Shown here: positions 26,601 to 36,468 of the stretch, piece after piece
How the letters are laid out: each line of letters begins with the position of its first letter
Position numbering within the stretch: position 1 is the first letter of the stretch
DNA from: a virus
Taxonomy: Duplodnaviria > Caudoviricetes
Strand: one strand, 5' to 3'
Length of the DNA stretch: 64,000 nt
IMG/VR virus record: IMGVR_UViG_3300037041_001101
Location: 985-64,984 of that record
The notes under the pieces: model-generated
Seen by the model: only the letters and a program-made list of their open reading frames with translations
What the model was told of the DNA's origin: nothing
The model's database searches: none
Position numbers and translations under genes: made by a program

Positions 26601-28546
26601 GTATCCCACTAGGCGATCTGACCATTGATGAAGACTTGCTCAAACAAGCACTCGCGTCTGCACCATTAAGTGAACGTGCAAAACTCATATCACTCATCGA
26701 AGAACTTAAACGCAGACAAGCACGAGAGTTCGCTCAACAGAACTTCTTAGCGTTCGTGCAACAAGTGTGGCCTTCCTTCATCTATGGAAGGCATCACGCT
26801 CGCATGGCTCAAGAGTTTGAAAAGGTGGTATCGGGAGAGAACAAGCGACTCATTATCAATCTTGGACCTAGGCATACAAAATCTGAATTCGGATCTTACC
26901 TGCTACCCGCATGGTATCTCGGTAAGAACCCTGATAAGAAAATCATACAATGTTCGCACACTGCCGAACTTGCGGTAGGTTTTGGTCGTAAGGTGAGAAA
27001 CTTGGTCGGATCTACCGCCTATCAAGAGATCTTCCCTGGTGTTGAACTGCAACAAGATTCAAAAGCTGCCGGTCGTTGGAACACGAGCGCAGGTGGATCG
27101 TACTTTGCGATCGGGGTATCGGGCGCAGTAACGGGAATTGGTGGTGATATCATCATTATTGATGACCCACATGCACTTAAATTAGACACTGAGATAGCCA
27201 CCACTGAAGGTTTTAAAACGATCGGAACTGTTGCTATTGGTGACTACGTTTTTGCACCAGACGGTACGCCAACACAGGTTGTTGCAAAATCAGAAGTATG
27301 GCACGATAGAGAGATTTACAAAGTTACGACCGATGATAATGTAGAAATATTTTGCGATGGCGGGCATCTTTGGAATGTTTGTATTATAGGGACTTGGTGC
27401 AATGTCCCCGCTTGGTATTTGGCAAAACATGGTGAGTTTTCTTATTCTATACCCTCATCGGTACATTGTGAAAAACGAGCAATCCGATGTGAAAGAACAA
27501 CTGAGCGAGCATCGGTACAATGTATAACCGTTGCTAGACAAGATGGGCTATTTCTTGTTGGTAGAGAGTATGTTGTTACGCATAACTCGGAACAAGAGGC
27601 CGCAATAGCTGCATCTAACCCTGAGATCTACGACAAAGTATACGAATGGTACACATCCGGCCCAAGACAACGTCTACAGCCAGGAGGGTCCGTAATCCTC
27701 ATACAAACTCGCTGGTCCAAGCGAGATTTAAGTGGACAGGTAAAGCAAAAAGAGTTAGAGGGTGGCGGCGATAAGTGGAAAGTGGTCGAACTGCCTGCCA
27801 TATTGCCTAGCGGCAAACCTCTGTGGCCTGAGTTTTGGTCTATAGAAGAGTTAGAAGCTACCAGAAACGCGATCGATGTCTCAAAATGGCAAGCGCAGTA
27901 TCAACAGAACCCAACTTCTGAAGAAGGTGCGATTGTAAAGCGAGACTGGTGGCAAAAATGGGAGACAGATACACCCCCTCCGACCAGTTTTATCCTACAA
28001 GCGTGGGATACTGCGTTTGAAAAACACAATCGTGCGGATTACAGTGCATGTACCACGTGGGGGATCTTCAATCTTCCCGATGAGAACGGGGTAGACCGAG
28101 CAAATATAATTTTACTTGACGCTAAACGCGATCGACTAGAGTTTCCGCAACTTAAAGAAAAAGTTTTGTCCGAGTATCGCTACTGGGAACCCGATGTGCT
28201 ACTCATTGAGAAGAAAGCTTCAGGTGCGCCTTTGATTTACGAGCTACGCCACATGGGTATTTCCGTTTCTGACTTCACACCGACCCGTGGTAATGATAAG
28301 ATCTCCCGATTGAACGCAATATCTGACATCTTCGCATCAGGACGAGTCTGGGCACCTAGCACACGCTGGGCAGATGAGGTTATTGAAGAAATGGCCGCAT
28401 TCCCCGCCGGACAACATGACGATTATGTGGATTGTTGCTCCATGAGTTTAGCTAGATTTAGACAAGGCGGGTTTATCAGTACAGCATTGGATCGAGAAGA
28501 TGAAGCGCCTGACTACAGACGTAAAACCAGTTCCTCTTATTACTAA
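26597..28546 (+). CDS. terL: Terminase large subunit containing an intein
   Basis: PRHTKS Walker A, IIIIDDP Walker B, QTRW, YQQNP, WDTA, IEKKASG, HDDYVD. Confidence 0.95.
   Translation: MSIPLGDLTIDEDLLKQALASAPLSERAKLISLIEELKRRQAREFAQQNFLAFVQQVWPSFIYGRHHARMAQEFEKVVSGENKRLIINLGPRHTKSEFGSYLLPAWYLGKNPDKKIIQCSHTAELAVGFGRKVRNLVGSTAYQEIFPGVELQQDSKAAGRWNTSAGGSYFAIGVSGAVTGIGGDIIIIDDPHALKLDTEIATTEGFKTIGTVAIGDYVFAPDGTPTQVVAKSEVWHDREIYKVTTDDNVEIFCDGGHLWNVCIIGTWCNVPAWYLAKHGEFSYSIPSSVHCEKRAIRCERTTERASVQCITVARQDGLFLVGREYVVTHNSEQEAAIAASNPEIYDKVYEWYTSGPRQRLQPGGSVILIQTRWSKRDLSGQVKQKELEGGGDKWKVVELPAILPSGKPLWPEFWSIEELEATRNAIDVSKWQAQYQQNPTSEEGAIVKRDWWQKWETDTPPPTSFILQAWDTAFEKHNRADYSACTTWGIFNLPDENGVDRANIILLDAKRDRLEFPQLKEKVLSEYRYWEPDVLLIEKKASGAPLIYELRHMGISVSDFTPTRGNDKISRLNAISDIFASGRVWAPSTRWADEVIEEMAAFPAGQHDDYVDCCSMSLARFRQGGFISTALDREDEAPDYRRKTSSSYY
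27173..27586 (+). mobile_element. Class 3 mini-intein (138 aa) in TerL
   Basis: Ala1 (ALKLDT), block B HLW, block F VQCITV, block G VVTHN/S; no endonuclease domain. Confidence 0.88.
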
Positions 28547-28557
28547 AGGTAACGATC

Positions 28558-28746
28558 ATGACTGAAGATCCATTCGATTTTATAAAAATTATGATGCTAT
28601 TGTTCTTAGCGTCCATCGTTGCAATGGCTACACCTGATGCAAATGCATCAACTTGTAGAAATAGTGCAGTTAAACACCAATTTGACAAAGAACAAGGATA
28701 TCCGCAAAACTCTACAAAAACCCGACAAGTATTTAACTGCAAATAA
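28558..28746 (+). pseudogene. Possible truncated secreted HNH-type gene
   Basis: Signal-like N-terminus and CRNSAVKHQFDKEQGYP, then stops before any DH..N core. Confidence 0.35.
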
Positions 28747-28755
28747 GGAACACGA

Positions 28756-31269
28756 ATGATTGAAAAAAGTATGAACCCCGCTCCGCAGGGTATAGAACAA
28801 GTTGATCCTGATGCAGAACCGTTAGAGATTGAGATCGAAGATCCTGAGTCGGTTACGCTTCGACAGGGTGATGAAGAGATTGTCATCAAACCGATGTTCG
28901 ACGAAGAAGAATTTACTTCAAACTTAGCAGAAGATATTCCTGACAATATTTTAGCGTCTCTAGCATCTGATCTGATCAGTGACTTTGAGAACGACGTTAG
29001 TGCAAGACGTGATTGGATAAGCACATACACGGATGGGTTAGAACTTCTCGGTCTTAAACTCGAAGAGCGATCCGAACCCTGGGAAGGTGCGTGTGCAGTT
29101 CAACATCCTCTACTCACCGAAGCGGTTGTAAAGTTTCAAGCTGAGACTATCACGGCTACGTTCCCTGCAAGCGGCCCTGTTAAGACACAGATTATCGGTA
29201 AAGAAACCGATGAGAAGAAACAAGCCGCACAGCGTGTACAAGACGACATGAACTACCAACTAACCGATGTGATGGTTGAGTATCGCCCAGAGCATGAGCG
29301 TATGCTGTGGGGTCTAGGTCTTGCTGGTAATGCCTTCAAGAAAGTTTATTACGATCCTTACTTAGGTCGTCAAGTCAGTATGTACGTACCTGCTGAAGAT
29401 GTGGTTGTGCCATATGGTGCGTCCAGTCTTGAGACAGCAGAACGTGTAACGCATGTGATGCGTAAGACAGAGAACGAAGTCAGACGACTTCAGTATGAAG
29501 GGTTCTACCGAGACATTGAACTGGGTACACCTGCTAATACAATGGACGAAGTTGAGAAGAAGATCGCTGAACAGTTGGGCTTTAGAGCGACATCTGATGA
29601 TCGTTACAAACTTCTTGAGATGCATGTGGAGATCGACCTTGAAGGGTACGAGCATGAGGATGCGAATACAGGTGAGTTGACCGGTATCGCCCTGCCCTAC
29701 ATCGTCACCATGGAGAAAGGTTCAAACACCATTCTTTCAATCCGTAGAAACTGGGATCCTGAAGATGAATCATGTAAAAAACGTAATCACTTCGTACATT
29801 ATGGTTATGTGCCAGGTTTTGGCTTTTATTGCCTTGGGCTTGTTCATCTTATTGGTGCTTTTGCCAAATCTGGTACTTCAATCCTTCGGCAGTTGGTTGA
29901 TGCAGGAACTCTCAGTAATCTTCCAGGCGGTTTTAAAACTAGAGGATTAAGAGTAAAGGGTGATGATACACCGATAGCACCTGGTGAGTTCAGAGACGTT
30001 GACGTACCGTCTGGTACGATGCGTGACAACATCATGCCACTTCCTTATAAAGAGCCTAGCCAAGTCTTAATGGCGCTCCTATCAGCGATTGTAGAAGAAG
30101 GTAAGGCGTTTGCAGGCGCAGCTGATTTGGCGGTATCTGACATGTCAGCTAACTCACCCGTGGGAACAACCCTTGCGGTATTAGAAAGAACCTTAAAGGT
30201 AATGAGTGCGGTACAAGCACGTATTCATTACTCAATGAAACAAGAGTTCGTCTTGTTACGAGACATTATCAGAGACTATTGCCCAGATGAGTACGACTAT
30301 GACCCAACCGAAGGTAGCAGACACGCTAAGAAAACTGATTATGATTTGGTGTACGTACTTCCTGTATCAGATCCCAACGCCTCGACAATGGCACAACGAG
30401 TCGTACAGTATCAAGCGGCCTTACAATTAGCACAAGGTGCACCACAACTTTATAATATGCCTGTCCTGCACAGACAAATGCTCGAAGTATTAGGTATACC
30501 TAACTACCAAAAGCTAGTCCCAATGGACGACGATATGAAGCCACGTGACCCTGTGACTGAGAATCAGAACATCCTTAAGAACAAACCGGTAAAAGCGTTC
30601 TTGTATCAGGATCATCAAGCACATATCGCTGTACACACATTAGCGATGCAAGATCCTAAGATACAAATGGTGTTGCAACAAGCGTTCGGACAAAACCCAC
30701 AAGCGATGCAAGCTCTACAAGCATCTATGTCTGCACACATCGCAGAACACTTGGGTTACGAGTATCGTAAGCAACTTGAGCAAACTATGGGTATTAATAT
30801 ACCGTCTTATGGCGAGGATGATAGCGACAATCAGGTGTCTATTCCTGAGAGTATTGAAGTGCAGATCTCGCAACTCGCTGCTCAAGCCTCACAGCAACTA
30901 ACCGGACAGCATCAACAGGAAGCAGAAGCGCAAGCTAACCAAGCGAAGCAACAAGATCCTGTGATTCAAATGCAACAAGGTGAGCTTCAGTTAAAACAAG
31001 GTGAACTGCAACGCAAGATGGCTAAAGATCAAGCGGATATTCAACTTGAGATGGCTAAGTTAGAACTTGAGCGCGAGAAGATTGGCGCTACTCAAGAGGT
31101 TGCTGGCGCTAACATCGGTCTTAAGATGAAGACCTTGCAAGATCAAAAAGACACCACAGCCGCAAAGATGGGTGTAGATGTCGCTATGAAAACACAAGAT
31201 CGGCAACATCAGAAAGAGCAAGCGTTCAATCAACGAGTACAGCAAACTGAAAAGAAAGAACCTGAATGA
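28756..31269 (+). CDS. Portal protein (P22-like, long coiled-coil C-terminus)
   Basis: Follows TerL; PWEGAC, MNYQL, GNAFKKVYYD, RQLVDAGTLSNLPGG; Gln-rich tail. Confidence 0.9.
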   Translation: MIEKSMNPAPQGIEQVDPDAEPLEIEIEDPESVTLRQGDEEIVIKPMFDEEEFTSNLAEDIPDNILASLASDLISDFENDVSARRDWISTYTDGLELLGLKLEERSEPWEGACAVQHPLLTEAVVKFQAETITATFPASGPVKTQIIGKETDEKKQAAQRVQDDMNYQLTDVMVEYRPEHERMLWGLGLAGNAFKKVYYDPYLGRQVSMYVPAEDVVVPYGASSLETAERVTHVMRKTENEVRRLQYEGFYRDIELGTPANTMDEVEKKIAEQLGFRATSDDRYKLLEMHVEIDLEGYEHEDANTGELTGIALPYIVTMEKGSNTILSIRRNWDPEDESCKKRNHFVHYGYVPGFGFYCLGLVHLIGAFAKSGTSILRQLVDAGTLSNLPGGFKTRGLRVKGDDTPIAPGEFRDVDVPSGTMRDNIMPLPYKEPSQVLMALLSAIVEEGKAFAGAADLAVSDMSANSPVGTTLAVLERTLKVMSAVQARIHYSMKQEFVLLRDIIRDYCPDEYDYDPTEGSRHAKKTDYDLVYVLPVSDPNASTMAQRVVQYQAALQLAQGAPQLYNMPVLHRQMLEVLGIPNYQKLVPMDDDMKPRDPVTENQNILKNKPVKAFLYQDHQAHIAVHTLAMQDPKIQMVLQQAFGQNPQAMQALQASMSAHIAEHLGYEYRKQLEQTMGINIPSYGEDDSDNQVSIPESIEVQISQLAAQASQQLTGQHQQEAEAQANQAKQQDPVIQMQQGELQLKQGELQRKMAKDQADIQLEMAKLELEREKIGATQEVAGANIGLKMKTLQDQKDTTAAKMGVDVAMKTQDRQHQKEQAFNQRVQQTEKKEPE

Positions 31270-31384
31270 TCGCAACCCTAATCGCAGAGGTAGTTTTGCT
31301 ACCTCTTAAAGCAATCGGGCTTATCTTTGTGTTTGGATATCTCTTTTATTGTGCATGGCTCAAAGCCTGTGAGGTTGTAAAACG

Positions 31385-31576
31385 ATGGACAAAATAGCAG
31401 CGATACTAACGAAGCAGTTAGATGAAAAGATAATGTTACTACAGAACTCTTTAAGCGATGGTCGAGCAAAAGACTACGCTGAGTACCAACGGGGTGTCGG
31501 AGAAATAAGAGGTTTATTAACCGCACGTCAATATATAACAGTTTTAAACAACAAAATGGAAACATACGATGAGTAA
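31385..31576 (+). CDS. Small head-module protein
   Basis: G.AKDYAEY...VGEIRGL. Confidence 0.7.
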   Translation: MDKIAAILTKQLDEKIMLLQNSLSDGRAKDYAEYQRGVGEIRGLLTARQYITVLNNKMETYDE

Positions 31577-31985
31577 AATATTGTTAGCAACTAATCCTAA
31601 AAATCCGCAAATCGTGGGTTCAGTGGATATGGAAGCTTCAAACGAAGAAAAAGCTACACAGCTTCCTATTCCTTCTGGTTACCGAATACTATGCGCACTG
31701 CCTCAATTGGAGAAAGAGTATGAGAGCGGATTGCTTAAAGCCAACGAAACCCTGCATCATGAAAATCTTCTTGCTACTGTTCTGTTCGTGGTTGCTATGG
31801 GGCCTGACTGTTACGCTGATAAAGATCGGTTTCCTAGTGGTCCTTGGTGTAAAGTTGGGGATTTTATTGTAGTGCGTCCTAACGCAGGAACACGATTAAA
31901 AATACACGGCACAGAGATGCGCTTGATTAACGATGATTCTGTAGAAGGTACCGTTTTGGACCCTCGCGGTGTATCCAGAGCTTAA
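31569..31985 (+). CDS. groES: Phage co-chaperonin GroES-like
   Basis: P.GYRIL, ESGLL, VVAMGPD, PWCKVGD, RLINDD.V. Confidence 0.85.
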   Translation: MSKILLATNPKNPQIVGSVDMEASNEEKATQLPIPSGYRILCALPQLEKEYESGLLKANETLHHENLLATVLFVVAMGPDCYADKDRFPSGPWCKVGDFIVVRPNAGTRLKIHGTEMRLINDDSVEGTVLDPRGVSRA

Positions 31986-31997
31986 AGGAGATATAAC

Positions 31998-32945
31998 ATG
32001 GCTTACGTAGACGAAGAAGAATACACGTTCCCTGATGAAACGCCAGAAGTTGAATCAACTGACGAAGGGTATGAAATTGAGATAGAAGATGACACACCGG
32101 TTGCGGACAAAGGTAAAACACCGTTACCAAAAGTAGTCGTTGATGAGTTAGAAGAAGCTGATGACTCTGACGAGTATACTGGTAAGGTACAAACCAAGTT
32201 CAAGCAATATAAGAAAGCGTGGCATGATGAACGACGAGCAAAAGAAGAAGCGGTTCGAGAACAAGAAGAAGCTTTAAATATCGCTCAACGCGTACTTGAT
32301 GAAAACAAACGATTGAAGAATCTATTGGAGTCAGGTGAGAAAGAACTGATCAGCACTTACCAAACCTCTGCGGAGATGGAAGTAGAGAAAGCTAAACGTA
32401 ATTATAAGGAAGCTTATGACTACGGCAACACTGATGCGATTATCGAGGCGCAAGCTGAGTTAATGAAGGCTACAAATAAGCTTGACAAAGCTAATAATTT
32501 CAGGCCTACTATTCAGAACGTCGACGATAACGTACAAGTGTTACCAAAAAAGCAGCCTCAAGCTGCACAGTTAGACCCTAAGGTAGCGGAATGGGTAGCC
32601 GAAAATCCGTGGTATGTAGACCCAACTAAGAAGTCTATGTCAAGATTCGCTGTAGGCATACACGAAGACTTGCTAGAAACTTATGGGGAGAAGTTTGTTG
32701 GTACTGACGAATACTTTAAACATATCAATCGAGAAGTTTCTCGCAGATTCCCAGAAGAATTTGAAACCTCAAACGATGAGCAAAAAACTCAACGTACATC
32801 TAAACTCAGCACGGTAGTCGCCTCTGCGAAGCGAAGCACATCTTCAAAAAAGATTACGCTGACCACAACGCAAGTCGCTTTAGCAAAGAAGTTCGGTTTA
32901 ACACCAGAACAATACGCCCGTGAACTAACAAAATTGGAGGCCTAA
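31998..32945 (+). CDS. Capsid scaffolding protein
   Basis: Acidic N-terminus, coiled coil, W...NPW, C-terminal LT..Q..LAKK.G...EQYA. Confidence 0.75.
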   Translation: MAYVDEEEYTFPDETPEVESTDEGYEIEIEDDTPVADKGKTPLPKVVVDELEEADDSDEYTGKVQTKFKQYKKAWHDERRAKEEAVREQEEALNIAQRVLDENKRLKNLLESGEKELISTYQTSAEMEVEKAKRNYKEAYDYGNTDAIIEAQAELMKATNKLDKANNFRPTIQNVDDNVQVLPKKQPQAAQLDPKVAEWVAENPWYVDPTKKSMSRFAVGIHEDLLETYGEKFVGTDEYFKHINREVSRRFPEEFETSNDEQKTQRTSKLSTVVASAKRSTSSKKITLTTTQVALAKKFGLTPEQYARELTKLEA

Positions 32946-32947
32946 TC

Positions 32948-33388
32948 ATGGCTCAAACACCTAGAGAATTAACTACACGTAGCACAACTGAACGTCCTAA
33001 GCAGTGGGCACCAGCAGAGCTTTTACCAGAACCTGATAAACAGCCTGGCTACGCATATAGATGGATACGTACTTCTACACTGAACGAGTCTGACCCACGA
33101 AACCTTTCATCAAAACTGAGAGAAGGTTGGGAGCCAGTCGGTGTTGCAGAACAACCTAAATTTAAACTGTTAGTCGATCCTAATAGTCGCTTTAGCGATA
33201 ATATTGAGATTGGCGGGTTATTACTTTGCAAAACCCCTGTGGAGTTTATTGAACAGCGTAATGCGCATTTTCAAAAACAAGCTCAATCACAAACGGAAGC
33301 AGTGGATAATAATTTAATGCGCGAAAGTGATCCTAGAATGCCTATTTTTAACGATAGGAAAAGTTCTACTTCCTTTGGCAGAGGTTAA
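32948..33388 (+). CDS. Conserved head-associated protein
   Basis: W.P...LP.P, GY.YRWIR, REGWEPV, GGLLLCK. Confidence 0.7.
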   Translation: MAQTPRELTTRSTTERPKQWAPAELLPEPDKQPGYAYRWIRTSTLNESDPRNLSSKLREGWEPVGVAEQPKFKLLVDPNSRFSDNIEIGGLLLCKTPVEFIEQRNAHFQKQAQSQTEAVDNNLMRESDPRMPIFNDRKSSTSFGRG

Positions 33389-33411
33389 TAATTAATTTTT
33401 TGGAGGCCTAA

Positions 33412-34224
33412 ATGGCATACCCCACTATAGATAAACCCTACGGCTTCAAACCCGTAAATTTGATTGGAGGTCAGCCTTACGCTGGTTCCACTCGTACATT
33501 GCCTATTTCTTATGGGTACACTAGCAATATTTTCTACGGTGACTTTGTCAACTTAGTAAGTGGTTCAGTTGCTCTTGTAGCAAATACACTTGCAACACCA
33601 ACTATCGGTGTATTCTTGGGTTGCTCTTTCACTGATCCTGTTACTAAACAAAAACGCTTTTCACAATACTGGCCTGCCAGTACTTTGTCTGGTGATGCTG
33701 TTGCTGTTATTGCTGATGATCCAGATTTGGTATTTAAAACAGCTGTTGTAACTGCTGCTGGCACTGCAACTATTGCTTCTGGTTCTAACTTTTTAGTCGG
33801 TGCTAACCTTGCAGGTAACACTACTACTGGTTCGACCACTACTGGCAACTCTGCTGGTGGTGTTGTTGGTGCTTCTGCAACTGGCGGTAATTTTCGTGTT
33901 ATGGGTGTTGTTCCTGAAACTCAAATTCAGTCTTCAGCCGCGTATATTAGTGGTACTGGTACTACAACTTTAACTGTATCAGGTTTAACTGTTGGTCAAG
34001 TTTTACCTATCGGTACTGATGTATATCAATCAGTAGCTGGAAAGCTGCAATTTACAGGTTCTGTATTAACAGCAGCTGTTACTGTAGCCTCTTCGACTTC
34101 TCAAGCACTTTCTGTTCTTGCGTCTTCAGCTACAATCCTGACTACTAACCCATTGGTTTTAGTACAGTCCCCTGAAGTGTTAGTAAAAATTACTTTTGCT
34201 TCACACAGATATTACGTTGCTTAA
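33412..34224 (+). CDS. Capsid decoration/minor capsid protein
   Basis: PYGFKP, IFYGD.V, GVF.GC, DDPD; directly before MCP. Confidence 0.7.
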   Translation: MAYPTIDKPYGFKPVNLIGGQPYAGSTRTLPISYGYTSNIFYGDFVNLVSGSVALVANTLATPTIGVFLGCSFTDPVTKQKRFSQYWPASTLSGDAVAVIADDPDLVFKTAVVTAAGTATIASGSNFLVGANLAGNTTTGSTTTGNSAGGVVGASATGGNFRVMGVVPETQIQSSAAYISGTGTTTLTVSGLTVGQVLPIGTDVYQSVAGKLQFTGSVLTAAVTVASSTSQALSVLASSATILTTNPLVLVQSPEVLVKITFASHRYYVA

Positions 34225-34236
34225 GGAGCATAACAT

Positions 34237-35145
34237 ATGGCTATTTCACGTTCGCAACTATTAAAAGAATTGCTTCCGGGCTTAAACGCTCTATTTGGTT
34301 TAGAGTATGCCCGTTACGGTGAAGAACATAAAGAAATTTATGAAATCGAATCATCTGAGCGTTCTTTTGAAGAAGAAACAAAACTGTCTGGCTTTGCCGC
34401 CGCTGCCGTTAAACCTGAAGGTTCAGCCATTCAGTATGACAATGCGCAAGAAGCTTGGACTGCTCGCTACAACCATGAGACAATTGCTTTGGGTTTTTCT
34501 TTGACCCAGGAAGCTATGGAAGACAATTTGTATGACTCATTGGCTGCTCGTTATACTAAAGCATTGGCTCGTGCCATGTCTTACACCAAACAAGTAAAAG
34601 GTGCGTCCATATTAAACAATGGGTTTAACGCTGCTTATGCTGGTGGAGACGGTCAATCATTGTTCTCTGGCGCTCATCCTTTGGTTTCTGGCGGCACTAA
34701 CAGTAACCAACCAACCACTGCTGCGGATTTAAACGAAACTTCTTTGGAAGCGGCTGTTATCCAAATCGCTGGCTGGACAGATGAACGTGGTTTGTTATTG
34801 GCTGCTAAACCTAAGAAGTTGGTTCTTCCACCCGCATTGCAATTCGTTGCAACTCGTTTGTTGGAAACTGAAGCTAGAGTTGGCACTGCCGATAATGATA
34901 TTAATGCGATCAAGTCAAACGGAATTATTCCTGGTGGCTTTACAGTTAACCATTTTTTAACTGACTCCAACGCATGGTTCTTGACGACTGATGTTCCTAA
35001 CGGTTTGAAGCATTTTGTCAGAGCGCCTATCAGTAATGATATGCAAACTGATTTTGACACTACAAATGCAAGATATCGGAGCCGCGAACGCTACAGTTTT
35101 GGCTGGTCCGATCCTCTGGCTATTTTTGGTTCCGCTGGCGCATAA
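34237..35145 (+). CDS. Major capsid protein (Mu gpT-like)
   Basis: MAISR.QLLKEL.PGLNALFG.EY, GGDG..LF...HP, RERYSFGWSDP. Confidence 0.92.
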   Translation: MAISRSQLLKELLPGLNALFGLEYARYGEEHKEIYEIESSERSFEEETKLSGFAAAAVKPEGSAIQYDNAQEAWTARYNHETIALGFSLTQEAMEDNLYDSLAARYTKALARAMSYTKQVKGASILNNGFNAAYAGGDGQSLFSGAHPLVSGGTNSNQPTTAADLNETSLEAAVIQIAGWTDERGLLLAAKPKKLVLPPALQFVATRLLETEARVGTADNDINAIKSNGIIPGGFTVNHFLTDSNAWFLTTDVPNGLKHFVRAPISNDMQTDFDTTNARYRSRERYSFGWSDPLAIFGSAGA

Positions 35146-35170
35146 ACATAATCTAAGACAAGATTAAATT

Positions 35171-35195
35171 AAAGCCCTCTTCGGAGGGCTTTTTT
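35171..35195 (+). terminator. Intrinsic terminator after MCP
   Basis: AAAGCCCTC-TTCG-GAGGGCTTT plus T-run. Confidence 0.92.
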
Positions 35196-35200
35196 ATGTG

Positions 35201-35256
35201 TTGCATTTTTATCAATAGAAGATTATAATATTCCTAGTCTCAAAACACATAGGAAC
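35201..35256 (+). promoter_or_regulatory. HNH promoter and RBS-occluding hairpin
   Basis: TTGCAT-N17-TATAAT; TTCCTA..TAGGAA pairs over the SD. Confidence 0.6.
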
Positions 35257-35260
35257 TATT

Positions 35261-35842
35261 ATGGATTATTCTCAATACCCAAAAACAAGAAAAGAAGCTC
35301 AAGAATCAGGTAGTAAATATTATTTTACAGGGTTACCATGCAAGCATGGGCATATCGACATACGTAAAACAAAAGGTGTTTGCGTGTCTTGTATGAAACT
35401 TGAAACAATAGCGTATGCAGAAAAAAGAAAAGATTATTTTGATTCGTATAACAAATCAGAAGCGGGGGCAAAAACAAAGAAAAAATACTATGAGAAAAAT
35501 AAAGAATTAGTCATAGCAAAAGCTATGAGTAGACCTAACGAAGATAAACAAAGATATAGGCAAAAATGGAAAGAAAATAACCCTGAGTTTGTTAAAGCGG
35601 ATGATTTACACAGAAGGCGAAAACATAGGGACGCTACACCAAAGTGGTTAACACAAGAACATAAAAACCAAATACGAGCCATCTATTTTGAAGCTATGGA
35701 AAAAACAAAAACAACAGGTGAAAAATACGCTGTTGATCACATTGTTCCTTTGCGTGGAAAGTTGGTCTCAGGGCTTCATGTTCCTTGGAATCTGGCTGTT
35801 ATAACAAGAGAAGAAAATAGTAGGAAATCAAACAAATATTAA
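35261..35842 (+). CDS. Free-standing HNH endonuclease with N-terminal Zn finger
   Basis: YFTGLPCKHGH..C..C; VDHIVPL.G..VSGLHVPWNL..EN..K.N; AT-rich. Confidence 0.9.
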   Translation: MDYSQYPKTRKEAQESGSKYYFTGLPCKHGHIDIRKTKGVCVSCMKLETIAYAEKRKDYFDSYNKSEAGAKTKKKYYEKNKELVIAKAMSRPNEDKQRYRQKWKENNPEFVKADDLHRRRKHRDATPKWLTQEHKNQIRAIYFEAMEKTKTTGEKYAVDHIVPLRGKLVSGLHVPWNLAVITREENSRKSNKY

Positions 35843-35843
35843 G

Positions 35844-35872
35844 TTGCAAACCTAATAAAAAGGTAGTATAAG
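35844..35872 (+). promoter_or_regulatory. Sigma70 promoter upstream of structured RNA
   Basis: TTGCAA-N17-TATAAG. Confidence 0.6.
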
Positions 35873-35880
35873 TATCTTCA

Positions 35881-35960
35881 TACCGAGATAATTTTCGGCT
35901 TAATAGACTGCTCTCGGCAGACGCATAGAAGACTATTAGGCTTTAACTTTCTATGAAGGA
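35881..35960 (+). ncRNA. Pseudoknotted structured RNA (candidate Mu-gpT-DE-like motif)
   Basis: CCGAGA/TCTCGG, GGCTTAATAG/CTATTAGGCT, CTGC/GCAG, CATAGAA/TTCTATG pairings. Confidence 0.55.
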
Positions 35961-35966
35961 ACTATC

Positions 35967-36455
35967 ATGTCAAGAACTACCTTTTCAGGCCCAGTCAAAG
36001 TTGGTAACATTCGTTACAACCAATATAAAAACGTTGGTTCTGTTCAACTTACTCAAGTTATCCAAGTACCTGTTAACACAGGTGGCTTAACAGCAACCAG
36101 CACACCTATCTATATCCCTGCGGGTAGTCAGATTGTTGGTATCAATATCACAACTTCTGTAGCGTATGATTCTGCAACTTCAGCCACATTAACTGTAGGT
36201 AAAACCGCAGCGGGTACTGAATACGCGGGTGGTAATGCTAAAACAGCAGGTCTAGTCACTACTACTGTTACCGCAGCTCAAGCGACTAACTGGTTAGCTA
36301 CTCCTACAGATGTAACATCTGTAACAACAGGTTCATTCCCAGCATCAACTATTTACGCACAGATTGTTTCTGTCGGCCAACCTACAGTCGGTAATGCAGT
36401 AGTGGTTATCGAATACATCCAATTTGACGATCGTTCTACTTTCTCTACTCAATAA
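35967..36455 (+). CDS. Virion structural protein
   Basis: M..TTFSGPV start; beta-rich; first structural gene after MCP. Confidence 0.7.
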   Translation: MSRTTFSGPVKVGNIRYNQYKNVGSVQLTQVIQVPVNTGGLTATSTPIYIPAGSQIVGINITTSVAYDSATSATLTVGKTAAGTEYAGGNAKTAGLVTTTVTAAQATNWLATPTDVTSVTTGSFPASTIYAQIVSVGQPTVGNAVVVIEYIQFDDRSTFSTQ

Positions 36456-36468
36456 GTAGGAGACTGAA

